Positions 26,226 through 39,040 of a DNA stretch of 64,000 bases are shown here, piece after piece; positions within the stretch are counted from its first letter, which is position 1; every line of letters starts with the position of its first letter. The notes beneath the pieces are model-generated. The model saw only the letters and a list, made by a program, of their open reading frames with translations. It was not told where the DNA came from and ran no database searches. The translations under genes were made by a program, and so were the position numbers. Source of the stretch: Octopus bimaculoides (lineage: Eukaryota); assembly GCF_001194135.2 (NCBI RefSeq), contig NC_068984.1:30094693-30158692 (forward strand). Reading direction: 5' to 3'.

Positions 26226-26385
26226 CATATATATGTATGTGTATGTGAATATATATATATATGTGTATGTATACATGTATGTGTATACATGCATGTGTAT
26301 ATATGTATGTGTATATATGTATGTGTATATATGTATGTGTGTGTATGTATGTATATATATGTATGTGTATGTATGTATGCATGTA
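26027..26385. repeat. Long compound TA/TG/TATG microsatellite with gap
   Basis: Seen directly. Confidence 0.95.
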
Positions 26386-27192
26386 TAGGTGGTTTTCAGC
26401 TGCTATATTTCCTGTTTGCTTATACGAACGAAACTGCTGTAAAAGAGAAGTAAATAAATCCTGATGCTTCGATTTTTCTGCAACCCAGATGACTTAAAAT
26501 CATTGCATTCTTATAACACTGTATATTTTGTAGAAAACTGTTTCCTGTATGAGTAATATGGAAGTGCCTAAGAATATTTGGTAGAAGTGGATGCCTAGTT
26601 TTATCTTCTCCTCAGAGTAACAATGATATTTCGATTTAGCTGGCCATCTGTAAGCCTTACTATGTCTGCATTATGTGGTTGTATAACAGACTTGTCCTTA
26701 GTTTGAAAATGCATTTTTTGTCTATTTTCTTGCTGGTTCGGTTTCCCAGCACGCTATTTGTATATACACTGCTGCTACTGATTATGTCTCACTACTGTTT
26801 ATATGAGACATTTGTCTGCATATCCTGTCCATCTGATGATGATTATATATTGGCGCTTGAATATTCACAAACTGTGAAAGGTCGCTGTATTGTTTTTAAG
26901 TTAGATTATTTTCTTCTTCTTATAACCTAGTTACTTTGCCGTGTGTTACTTATTTTCAATGAAAGAGAGAACGGGAATAGAACAGTGGAGAGACGGGGAG
27001 ATATAACTTCGTAAGAAAAAGAATGTAAGTAGCAGAATGGCGAGAAAGACATAACATATGAGGCGAAATATTAGGGTAAGGAATATAAATTTAGTGACAG
27101 ACAAGAAAAGAACGATGACAAATAGAGTAAACGAATAAAAGTTGTAATGATAAAGAAACAGAAAGACTAATAAGAATAGATGTGGTAAACAA

Positions 27193-27194
<2 letters not shown>

Positions 27195-27278
<84 letters not shown>
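27195..27278. repeat. (GA)n microsatellite
   Basis: Seen directly. Confidence 0.95.
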
Positions 27279-27284
<6 letters not shown>

Positions 27285-29230
27285 TAGGAAAACATCGAAG
27301 AAGTGTAGGACTAATATCTTGTAATGAATTAAAAATAGAATTTCTCAGAATCTTGTAATAGAAATCTTCAATAATAAAAGTTTTTAAAAACCACACTTTG
27401 ATAAAAAAAAAAATATCTTAAAATTAGAAATTAAGAATTCTCTAGACAGTTTAGATTTTTATGATGGCTTTCTGTTAGTAAAAATTACATGATCATAATT
27501 AAGATAATTTTTTTTTTTATTATATGTATACATTAGGACAATATTTCTATTTCATGATATTTTCTTCATAGCCCAATGTATGTAAAGTTCTCTTTATTTT
27601 TCCATTTCCGATAAACATATGTTTGCTGAGAATTAATTTTCTTTATAGATGTTCTTAATGCCCTTGCTAAAAGCATTTTTGAACTGGTAATTCTACTCTG
27701 CCATGATAGTTTTTTTTTTATTGTACGGTGGGTACTTTTTAACTATGTGTGATGTATGTTTTATATAGTCGGAAAAATTCTGGCAAAAATAATCTGCTAA
27801 AATGGAATGAAGACTATGAAATTAATAAGAAAATATAAAAAAATTACTTCTAATCATTTCTTACATTTTATCTTGTGTCGAATAACTCATTAGCCTAACT
27901 CCAAACCAAAGGAGAAAGTATCGTAGATGGCACTTGAATAACGAAACTTGTTTTGGATTTCGATTAGAATTAACATACTGCTTTAGAATATCAGTTTTGT
28001 CACTTAATTTTTCGCTAGTTTGGAAGAAAATTTTTTTTCATCATTGATGCCAGTTTCCAATTGTTAGCTAAGAGCAATTTTCCTTCTCATATAACATCTT
28101 CAAATGATTACACTTTTTTATTCGCATGAAGAAAACTTTTTTAAAATTTAGAGCGCTACCTTATAATTGAAATCGTGAATACCCGACATCGAAGCTGTTT
28201 AAATTGTCAACTTTTGCGCCAATAAAGATAATGATACCAATCTAAAAATCATTGTAGAAAGGAAGAATAACAGATGAAAAAAAAATAAAGAAAAAATGTA
28301 ATTTACGTCTTATACTAACTTAAGGCGACAAAACTATTTTTAGAATTGTATGTGTAAATATACACGCAAGAAATACATGTATATGTAAAACGTGTTCTAA
28401 ACATCAGTAATTTTTTTCGAAATTAAAAACAATTACATGTGCCTTGATTAGCTAAGCTATTTATCTTTTTATTTTAGCATGTCTATGTTCCTATATAAAA
28501 ATATATATGGGTATCTGTGTGTGTGTGTGTGTGTGTGTGTCTGTGTGTGTGTGTGTGAACGAGCATGTGTGGGGCATAAAAATTGTTATTATAACGATTA
28601 GAAAATAAATAAATGTACTGAGCAGAGCATCATTTCTAAAAAAGTGGATTCCAAACGTATTTTGAAGAACTAAATGAATGAATGCAGGGCGAAAATAAAA
28701 CGCTGAGACAAAGAAAAACCGAAAGAAGTAAATTCTATTGATACGAATATCTGAATAATTATGACAAAGCCGAGATACGCCAGGACGTAAAATACTAATC
28801 TAGAAATTTACAACTGTGGCTTATGGTATTTTCCGTTTTCGGTAAGTTTAATTGCAATTTAGAGAAGTTCACTGCAAGGTGTTAATTTACACTTGACATG
28901 CTGAATGAAATTGAAGTCTCTATATATGAGACAACGGAAACATATTTTATGTTTATGCTGTTTCTAACATTTGAAATGTTTGGTCGAGCTTAAAATACTG
29001 CGATTGGTGGTAAACGTCCAACAATGACTGACACATTATATAGTAATTTCTTTTACATTCACTACGACTTAAATGGGTTACTTGGATTTTTTCGTTAAAA
29101 TATGTATCATTACATGACTTCCTTCATGTTTGCCTTTCTTTTTAATGTTCATCTGCTGTTTCTACCACTTTTTAAAACAGTTTTTCAACTTCCGAGCATT
29201 TGTTACATTCATTATTTATAGATTGTTTAA

Positions 29231-29290
29231 GGCATCGAGCTAGCAGAATCGTTAGCACGCAGGGCAAAATGCTTAGCAGCATTTCGTCCG
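29231..29290 (+). mobile_element. SINE family A 5' head only
   Basis: gagctagcagaatcgttagcacgcagggcaaaatgcttagcagcatttcgtc. Confidence 0.85.
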
Positions 29291-29307
29291 ACTGGACCTT
29301 AGAAAAT

Positions 29308-29337
<30 letters not shown>

Positions 29338-29339
<2 letters not shown>

Positions 29340-30074
29340 GGGTTGGACAAAATGAGGGAAACACCTAGCATCATAGCATCAAGATTTTGAGATATCTATA
29401 AAACCGTCAAATGCTTGTTTATTTTTGTTTTTTTTATTTATTATTAGTGTTGCTTAAATATGTTTTGTTAAAATTGCTATTTCTTTTCATATATCATCAG
29501 AAAGAGGTAATAAAAATTCCTTAAAATGACAGATCTATCAGACTTTCAAAGAAGTCAAATTGTTGGTACTCGTATGGCAGGTGCTAGCCTAACGACAACA
29601 GCCGAAATGTTTGTATCAAGAAGTACTGTCTCGAAAGTAATGACAACCTTTGAGAAAGAGGGAAAAACCTCCTCGTCGAAACAAAACTCCGAAAGAAAAC
29701 CAATACTTTCAGATAGGGACAGTTGAATTCCTACACGAATTGTTAGAAAGGATCACACAATTACTGCAGAGCTTAATGACCACCTCAAGAACCCAGTTTC
29801 TACAAAAGCTGTTCGCCGGGAGATACACAAAACCGGATTTCACGGAAGGGCTGCAATCAGAAAATCACTATTTTCAAAAACAAACGTTACAAAGCATTTA
29901 CAGTGGAATAAAAATCTACAGAATTGATCCCTACTGCAGTGGAAGAATGTTATTTTCTCGGACGAATCATCCTTTATCTTATTTCCGACCACCGGCTGAG
30001 TATACAAGTGGAAACAGCCAAAAGAAGCATTTGACCCCTTCTTCCAACTATTAAACATAGAGGAAAATCTGTTG
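29338..30074 (+). mobile_element. Tc1-family transposon, left end and N-terminal transposase, 3'-truncated
   Basis: Left end cagggttggacaaaatgagggaaacacc after a TA/CA tract; MTDLSDFQRSQIVGTRMAGASL...VSRSTVSKVM...HGRAAIRKSL...WKNVIFSDESSF; stops and frameshift. Confidence 0.92.
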
Positions 30075-30222
30075 TACTCTTTCGCCCCAACTTTCTCTCA
30101 CTGTTTCTTGAGTAACGCTGCGATGGACTGGCGCCCCGTCCAGCTGGCGGAACACATACACCATAGAAACCGGGAAACCGGGCCCATGAACCTGGCTAGG
30201 CTTGAAAAGAGGCGCATGAAAA
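30075..30222 (+). mobile_element. 3' tail of a SINE (probably the CORE-type family)
   Basis: ttcttgagtaacgctgcgatggactggcgccccgtccagctgg...accatagaaaccgggaaaccgggcccatgaacctggctagg, recalled as an Octopus repeat. Confidence 0.7.
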
Positions 30223-33196
30223 AAAATAATTAACTATATCACACTCATTTCNNNNNNNNNNNNNNNNNNNNNNNNNNNNNNNNNNNNNNNNNNNNNNNNN
30301 NNNNNNNNNNNNNNNNNNNNNNNNNNNNNNNNNNNNNNNNNNNNNNNNNNNNNNNNNNNNNNNNNNNNNNNNNNNNNNNNNNNNNNNNNNNNTATATATA
30401 TATATATATATTTGTGTGTGTGTGTTTGAAAGTATAAGTACATGAAAACATGATTTATAACCTTGTACCACTTACTGTGGTAAAAGGTTGTTTTATTTTG
30501 CTATGAAATTTTCGCAACTAAAGTGAGTTTAGACCTCTTTCAACGGAAGCATATTTTCTGAGTATATGGAGTTAATCACCTTCTAATAACTACTTACTAT
30601 AGATTTCATTTTTATCACTGTTTATTCAGATTGTGAAATATTTCTTACCAAAGAGGTTACACTGATATTCCAAATAGTTTGAAACTACACGATGGTTAAC
30701 CATTAAATCTTCTCTTCATTTGTTTTCTGTGTATCATATTTGTTTTTATTTTAAGAGGTTTTTAGTAGTATTGCTAATTTGTGTCTCTGTATATGCAGTT
30801 TGTACTACTTTAAATAGTTCTATTAATAAAGATAAGACAAATAATTTGGTTTGTTTTATGCCAACAGCCAATAAAAAAGAAATGATAATTTTTCTATCTC
30901 CCTGAAGTTATGTATAAGATTCCACTGTTGTGTTGCATAACTGTCCCCAGTGTGAAGACAAAGAAAATAGTTATGGCTCTTCCTGTAAATTGCTTTCTTT
31001 TACTACATTTATACTTGTTGAAAAGGAAGATTCTAAGGAGAGATAAAAAAGACGATAAAACCGAGTAAAGAAGTTAAGTTTAGTATTTATTCATACAGAG
31101 TATTACTTTAAAAATAAGGAACTTATATAAATTATCCCTTTAGAAAAAGTCAGCAGTCTTTTTTTCCTCATGGAAGAAACTGTAATATCAATTGCATAGA
31201 TCAGAATGAATAGCAATGTTAATAAAAACAAGTGTCAACGAACCAAGAGACAAATATTTACCAGTCACTATAAATAAAACCATCCTTATTCTTGTTCCAT
31301 CTCTCCTAACCCTCTCTCATTCAGACCTTTTCATTGCTCAGTTGTTGCGCATGCTGTAAATCTTTAGTTGACACTGTGGTTAATGTCAGCAAGTAGACTA
31401 GAATGTCAAAAGAATAGAAACATAAGTGTATAAATACTCCAATCAACTGACAAGCCTGATTGGATGGTCAGAGAAAGGTTAGAAATCATAAACATTTTTC
31501 AAAGTTTATCTCCTTTTTACGATGGAAATCTGTTAAATAAATATCTAATGATATAGTAATCTTTACGTCAGGGAAATTGCTGTCTGCTAATAATGTTAGT
31601 TATTTACAAAATAAAAATATTATAAATCTAGACGTAGTGCGAAAATAGTTAATGCCAACCAAATGGAGATCGAACTGATTTATTCTGAATAATGTCTTAA
31701 ATATTTTATTTTAAATACTATCAGCAACTTACAGATACATTTATAACAGTATAACTGCAAGTAACTAAAGATGAGTAGACATTTTATTTTGCTTCAGCGT
31801 AGCAAACGCGTAGCAAATATAATCTAATTTAACTATATATTTGCTTGTTCCAATACAGACAAGAGTTCTGAGATATGTAATGGAGGTAAACTGTGAAACT
31901 ATAATATTCGTGACTTCACTAATTAGCGAAACTGTGTTTATATGACAACTTAGTGATGAGTAGCATTCATGAATAAGATTTGAAATGTTAAACTACTCCA
32001 CTTTTTAATTCTTTTATATTTAATTTCATTAAGCCTGAGTCAAAATCACTTGTGTTGGCGTATGCACACCTGATCATTTTACAATACTACAGCCAATTAT
32101 GCAACGTCGACGACATATTCACAATGGTGATGAGTTCATACATCATGTGCTAGTGAAAGTAGCAGTATTCTTCAAACTACAAAAAAGCCGATCAAAAATT
32201 CCCTGTTACATCAACAGAGTAGCTTATTGTGAAACGAAAGCGCAAAAATGGGGAGTGCACAGGCGGAAGTCAAATAAATATTCTAAAGAATCTGGATCGA
32301 TTTCAAAATAGACAACATAAGGACCACTAAGATAATCAGCTACATACTTTCAGGAAAAAAAACCCTCCTTTTTATAGGACTAAAATAAATTTTGTGATAC
32401 TTTCAATAGAAGATTATTCTTAAGGAGCTAAATTTGATATGCGGTTTTGATTCCTAATGGAAATCGTTTTGTTTAAGTCGGTAATGTTTGGGAAGAAGAG
32501 CATAAATATCACAACTGCGTCTTTCTTCACTTCTATAAATCTGAACCGTCATGTCTGTGTAAAAAATTATTACAACCATACGAATTTCCTCAAACAGTCG
32601 GCACTTTGGATGTGTGCGTGTGTGTGTGTGTATGTGTGTGTTGATGCGAATCTGAATATGTGTCCGTGTCAATGTGAGTTTGTTAATGTGTGTGGGTGTG
32701 TGTAAGTGCTTGTGTCTGTGAAATGCCATTTTCTACACATAAAAGCATTTCGTGACTTCAATTATTTGACAATGTTCCATTAGCATATACGTGGTAGAGG
32801 CTAGAATGATCGGAGACAATTTTGTTGGTGACGGCACCGATAAATCAAATTGTAGCAAACACCTGCTATAAACGGAAACCTGAAACTTTTCACATTGTCG
32901 TTCATATGTTTTGCGGGAGAAAAACATCGTGTAGCGTTTAATGAAGTTTGGCGACCTTTACATTTCCCTTGTGCGCTATAAAACAAATTTACCATAAGAC
33001 TGAAATTATAAAGTCGTCACATAATTCTAATGACTTCATGTGTATTTTCTTCAGCCGTTTACCAGTTATATCTCTAAAGAACGACAGAATCATGGCAAAT
33101 TCTCATTAATATGTAAACAAGCTATTCGGTTTTGAAGCTTTGCTGCGTGATCTAAAACATTCCGTTTGGCTACTAAATGAGTCGATAAATGACCGA

Positions 33197-33213
33197 ATGT
33201 CTTCGATTCAGAG

Positions 33214-33272
<59 letters not shown>

Positions 33273-33291
33273 TGTTCTGATTCGAAGACAT
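33197..33291. repeat. Near-perfect 95-bp palindrome: 20-bp unique arms around (AT)n
   Basis: atgtcttcgattcagagcat (33197-33216) and atgttctgattcgaagacat (33272-33291) are 18/20 reverse-complementary. Confidence 0.9.
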
Positions 33292-33302
33292 ATATATGTA
33301 TG

Positions 33303-33370
<68 letters not shown>

Positions 33371-34519
33371 CTACGCACTCACGCACTCACTCTCACGCAC
33401 TTATATATGTGTGCGTGTATGTGTGCGCGTGTGTGTGTGTGAGTACTTACACTCTCATATACATTTACATACAAGTATGTAATGCTGTGGATGGAGAAGA
33501 AAGGAAGAGAGTAGAAAAAGTAAAGAAGATAATGTGGCAAGAGAGAAAATCATTGACTGCTGTTACGCTAGCTTTAAACGGGGTGACAGGAGGCTAGGAT
33601 GAAACAGAATGGAAGGAAGGACGATTAAAATAAATTGCTGGTGAAATAGAGACATTAAAATGAAGTAAGATAGTGTGCAAACGAATGATATAGTAATATA
33701 CAGAGAAAGTCGGATTAAAAAATATAGATCGAAAGGGAAGAGCAAATGACATAGAGAGTGTGAGAGAGAGGGGGCGGAGAGATAAATGATTAGCGCTAAA
33801 ATACGGTTTTGTTTGATAAACTGTCTCGAGATGAACAATAATAGTAAATCGTCTGAGATGACTTTACAACCGACAAAATAGTTTTAACTTTGATAGAAGA
33901 ACTAGCATAATGCATACACTAACATTCAGAGAAACGCGCTCTAAAACTAATCTAATGTGGAACATTAAGAATAAAATACAATAATCACGTTCTAGAAGAG
34001 GCCATATTAGTTTGTTTTATTTTATTTACTTTGGTTCTGTTAGCGATATATTCAATAAAGGTATTTCAGAGAAAACTGTCGTTTCACGAGAAATTTCTTT
34101 TAGCATGATTAAGTAGTGTCTGTCGAGTTATCTGTTCCTTTGCTATATAATATACAGTATTAATGAAAAATATATAAATAAAGTCGGTAAAATTATCCAG
34201 GAGATTGTTAAAATAAGCCAGTCCATTTAAGGTGGTACTGTATAGTAAATCCTTTTACTTTTAACTCTGAGTCTACTTTTTTTCTCGATATAAAAAGCAA
34301 ATAAGTAGAATCATGCACAATATAAATATATTTTATGAGAATTTTATTCAACGGTAAGCATTTAATATGCTTATAACGGGAAGAAAAGCACTCAAGTTGA
34401 ATTGTTTTTGCATTAATGTATTCACTCGACCAATCTACATGATAGTTACGAAGTTTTATTAAATATCCTTAATAATCAATCACACCAATAGCAATTAGCT
34501 CAAAAGTCTCTACTTTGTC

Positions 34520-34710
34520 ACTCGAGCTATTAGAAATAGCAGCAGACAAATTCCTATCAAATCATATCCGACAGTCTCAAACAAACAAGAAGGCACGTGA
34601 TACAATATTGTCATAGATACACAAAACATTGCAGATGATTACGACTAGCGTGCGATTGATCATTGGCCTATTCAGTAAAGATTTATCTGAGGTTATGAAA
34701 CAACAGCAAT
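34520..34710 (+). mobile_element. Short interspersed repeat (family D), decayed
   Basis: tagaaatagcagcagacaaattcc...atatccgacagtctcaaa...gatcattggcctattcag...aacaacagcaat. Confidence 0.6.
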
Positions 34711-34831
34711 AGGCAAAATTAATATCAGCCGACTATAAATGAGAGAGCTCATTATATAAGGAAGTGCAACCAAATCTCCTGCATGTCACCAATACCGGAT
34801 CTGAAATAGAACACAGTGGGTAAGTCTAGAG

Positions 34832-35119
34832 CAGTGGTTCCCAAAGCGTGCCGTACTTCCCCCTTGGGTTGGTGGAAAGATTCAGAGGAGTGGGGAATTG
34901 AAAAAAGTGAAGCGATAATAGGGTAACCAAAATGGGTTGATGTATGTCAACAAAAGCCAAAATAATGGTTTAATTAGATCAAGTTTTATGTGCAATACTG
35001 TTGTTTTGAATTTGCTGCAGAAAGTGGTCTGTGTTTATGGGGGTAAGCGGGGTGGAGTGCTAGCAATGTTGCCTGGGTGTCAAGGGGGTGGCAAACGGAA
35101 AAAAGATTGGGAACCACTG
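34832..35119. mobile_element. hAT-Charlie-type MITE (288 bp)
   Basis: Perfect 13-bp TIRs cagtggttcccaa / ttgggaaccactg; 8-bp TSD gtctagag / gtctagtc, fitting the NTCTAGAN target of Charlie elements. Confidence 0.92.
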
Positions 35120-35599
35120 GTCTAGTCCTAGATAGTCTATGCCCGCAAAAGAAAGAGTGATTGATTATTGGTCTTCTCCATCATGATTTATTTATGGCTA
35201 AATAAGAAGAAAATCAACATGACTTAAAATATACTGAAACCTTATTGCTTGACTTGATTCTTCAAATTTCCTACTAGTTCTGTTTTTCAGTTTTAAGCTT
35301 CTTCCTCACCACCTTTTTCCCTCATTTATTTTCATAATTCCATACCAGTTGAAATTTTATCATTTTCCGACAAAGGGACCGAAACATTTCACTTATCTTC
35401 TTTCCATTGCATGAAATTTGTTCTACCAAATGAAATATTTGTATTACTCTTGTCGGGGAAGAATATCACTAGTTTACTTGGGTCTTATATTTTTACTATA
35501 TATTTTTTAACTTCTGCCACTATGACTAGTCTTAAAAAGTTCCATATGGATTAATTATACAGAATAATACAGCATATTCTTCAACTTCATCCAGACATT

Positions 35600-36300
35600 A
35601 CTACACAGCGTTATTCATCTCTTATTTACTGTAAAGCATGTTATGTAATCACATTTACTTTTTTAGATATTGCCTTCCGTCTAGACATCATAAACCAGTT
35701 ACCATTAATTTATCACTTACATGCATTTTCTCCGAACTCTGAAAATTACCTGTCTAATACATATACTCTTAAACTTATAAATGCCAAAAATACTGCCTCA
35801 TTTTCCCAGGAAATAATGTATTTCGTAATTCACTGTTGTACCTTTTTATATGGGATAGTCCACATGTGAAATAGATAGGCAGGTGTATATAGCCAAAATA
35901 TTCACTGAAAATATTTTGTTCTCTTACTTTGCACTCCATCACACAACTACTACTCTTATCGTTTGCAGCCCACGCATATCTATTATTCGGTTACTTTCTA
36001 AACTGCACATCTCAACCATATTGCTCGTCTCATCGCCTCTTTGTTTAGTAACTCTACACAATGACTGTCCAGCTATATTGATAAACTCAAATTACCACTT
36101 GTCGTTACCCTGCTCTGTCATATCGAAGATACTAATAATGTAGTTAAACTTCTTAAAACATTTTTCTCCATGGCAAAGTCTCACAATTTCTATTCAATCC
36201 TTGAATACCAACAGCATCACTGAAAGTTTTAGACCAGAAGCATTTCTTCACTCGTTACTTAAACTTAGCACCGTGACTATCCTAATTTTCTGCAGTTTTT
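35600..36300 (-). mobile_element. Possible RTE-type LINE endonuclease relic
   Basis: VNILAIYTP and KLMVTG resemble the INIIQVYAP and IIMGDFN motifs; heavily decayed. Confidence 0.3.
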
Positions 36301-36446
36301 CTTTCTCCAGTGAGTTCTGCTTAAGCATCTAAATGCGCTTGGATTATCCAATGTTATGTTCCAAGCAACCTGACTGGTGAAACGTACGTTAGAACTAATA
36401 ATATAAATTCGAGCTTATGGTAGTTTCTCATAAATACATATATATG

Positions 36447-36449
<3 letters not shown>

Positions 36450-36492
<43 letters not shown>

Positions 36493-36518
36493 TGGGTGGG
36501 TGTGTGTGTGTGTGTGTG
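36450..36518. repeat. (TG)n microsatellite
   Basis: Seen directly. Confidence 0.95.
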
Positions 36519-36834
36519 TATTAAATATCGGGACAAGCTGAAGAGTAATTATTTCTCAGCGGTCAATACAACTCAACACTTTTGAGCAAATAGCTTTGGA
36601 GATAACAAAATGAAAACCGTCGTGTCAGAATGGTATGAGACATTTGTTTCAGCCGTCATTGACAGGCTTGAGGGTGCAGGGCAAAGTAGAAAAGTGGTTG
36701 CAAATATACCAGTGTAATCCTCACACTTGCAGCATCTGCAAGCTTCTTTGCAAATCGTTAGCGGGACTCAAATCTTACATTCCACATAAGCATTATGACT
36801 GACACAGAAAGTGTAGCTTGTTAGATCCTCTTAC

Positions 36835-36952
36835 GTCGAAACTGACGGCAGAGACCATCATAGATATAATCACACAAATAACGCGAATAACATATAAAGT
36901 AAAGAAGTAATAGACAAAAAATACCGGAAGTTAGACATGCGAAAAGAAGTAT
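36835..36952 (-). CDS. Candidate exon E5 encoding a transmembrane helix and juxtamembrane segment
   Basis: Acceptor gtttattttgctttatatttttacgtttacag|, donor GAC|GTAAGA; 118 nt, only the phase 0->1 frame is open: ILLFACLTSGIFCLLLLYFICYSRYLCDYIYDGLCRQFR. Confidence 0.55.
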
Positions 36953-38592
36953 CTGTAAACGTAAAAATATAAAGCAAAATAAACAACAAAGAAGTGTACA
37001 ATGAATGCTAATACGCAAAAGGGAGAGACAACAAATACGTGTATATCCCCACCTTAAGTCAAAGAGATAGTATTTTAAATTACAGATAAGAATAAAAACG
37101 GTGGATTGACATTCGAACTCCTAAACAGCATTACATTATAGAAGAAAGTCATAAACATCACATGAAGCCACCTCGCAGCTACCTTAAGAACCTTTGGACA
37201 AACACATGTAAAAAGAAAGGTCTCTCAAACATGATTTACTGCAACTTCACCGCAAGAAACAGCGTACTCTCAGCCTTCTGTCACCTCATAAAAACACATT
37301 AACCGGGACGAAATTTTAACTTTAGAACTATAGTATCCAGCGTGAACATACACTTCTACAAAATTTCATGGATTTTGATATTCTGAAATTAAAACTTCAA
37401 ACCTTCCGAGGTTGTTGAAAGGTTCACTGAAGTTATCAATAAAAGAACGAATTCATATTACAGTATTGAAGCATGTATAAAATATTGTGTTTCCAAACAA
37501 AGATATTCATTTAGGTGTAGAAAATGAAATTGCTTAGTCATGAGAAATAACGAGTATTTGGTAAGAAGTCAACATGAAAAATATGTTGTGGGCTGCACAA
37601 AATTCTTAGATCGATATTATTGATAGAAAGCTTTGTCGAAGTGGTGCTCCAACATGTCCACAGCTTATGACTCGAACCAGTAAATGAGTAAAGCAACTGA
37701 TTAAATTTATTCAAACCCGAAAGAAAAATTCTCTTTAGATGCTTAAAACTAAAATATCAGTTTTAATTAATGTAGACAAAAGACAAACTTTTTAACTATT
37801 TCTATTTTAAACTCAACCAAATTGTACAAAAAAGTATTCAGGAACAGCAACTGTTTTTCTCTTGACAACAAATAATGGATTTTATTCATAAATACCTGGA
37901 ATGAAATGAATAAGAACACCTATGAGTTTTGCAACAAACACTGTTATTGATATATAAAAGAATGCCTTATCATGTAGAACAATGACACTGAATGTTAAAT
38001 TTATGGAAGAATAAAAATAAAAAGGTATTTTCTTTGGTACTAACTTATAGAAGACTATTGTTTATCATGTCAATATAATTATTATTGGCAAGAAGAAACG
38101 TTTTCCTTATTCATTAACAAAGAACGCCTGCTAGATTCCTAAAGCTATTGATGGCATCAGCAAACGAAATCGTCTTAAAGGCTGAATTTCAGATAGTATC
38201 GAATTTAGTTGAAGACAGCTGCAATTCTGAAAGACTTAATATGAATGCAAATTTTCGCGAACATAGTTAGAATGTAAAAACTCGTTAGAAAATTCAAGTC
38301 GTTAATGTTATTTCTTTCTGCTTTTTTTTATGTTATTATTTGCTTCAATCAAAAAATAAATTGTGAATAAGTTCTGTATGTACAGTTGTTTGCAGATGAA
38401 GGTTGAAATATCTCGATATTTGCTCAACAGCAAGAAAAGAAAAAAATCTCTTTAAATAGTTAAAAATTCCAATATAAACTAGAGCACCTGTCAAATGTAT
38501 TTATGATTAATCTCCGATGCAAGCACCGTTGATGAGAGGCAAATTTTCGGTAAACGCGAACCGGTTTCATTTCATTTAGATGTAATTCACAA

Positions 38593-38796
38593 CTAGTTTC
38601 AAAGCCACACTCCGTGCGGACTTTTCCGCTAGCTTTGCGGAGGGCTAATTAGGTCTGCGGCTCAAAATGAAGGGCAAATTTTCAATCCTGGGATCATCCT
38701 GATTCGAAAAAGATATAATTTCTACATAGAACAAATGTAGGCTGAGATACAGAGGTGTCGGACGGACAGACAGACTTTCGAGTTTATTAACATAGA
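38593..38796 (-). mobile_element. Short non-autonomous Helitron-like element (204 bp)
   Basis: Minus strand starts A|TCTATGTTAATAAACTCGAAAGTCTGTCTGTCCGTCC and ends CTAG|T, with GCGGA/TCCGC hairpins (38616-38641) about 20 nt before the CTAG; no TSD. Confidence 0.65.
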
Positions 38797-38874
38797 TGTA
38801 TTCCCTATTTTCCGATCAGGAACCTTTGAACTTCTGTTAATGGGATCATGGCGTGAATAACAGAGACCACTCGA

Positions 38875-39040
38875 ACCACTCGAAATAGCAGCTACTTTCA
38901 TTCAGATAACATATAACTATTTTTAAAATGGCAGGATACGTTGAAGAATGAAGCCTATCTGAAAGAATACGAGATAGTCATGTTTAGAACGATTTGTACC
39001 TTAGTTCTTATAGATCAGAAATGAACCGGATCTGAACGGG
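38875..39040 (+). mobile_element. Short interspersed repeat (family D), decayed
   Basis: ctcgaaatagcagctact...tttttaaaatggcaggatacgttg...gatagtcatg...gatcagaaatgaacc. Confidence 0.5.

Noticed and set aside
26002-26464. ORFs rich in YI/CV/HT/ER/LS dipeptides here and at other microsatellites (e.g. 45963-46517, 49604-49959, 55271-55976, 56726-57109)
   Set aside because: Translations of dinucleotide microsatellites and N gaps.
37894-37920. Minus-strand AG|GT after a pyrimidine tract (possible recursive splice site)
   Set aside because: It lies in a putative intron of only about 3.2 kb, and such motifs are common by chance in AT-rich DNA.
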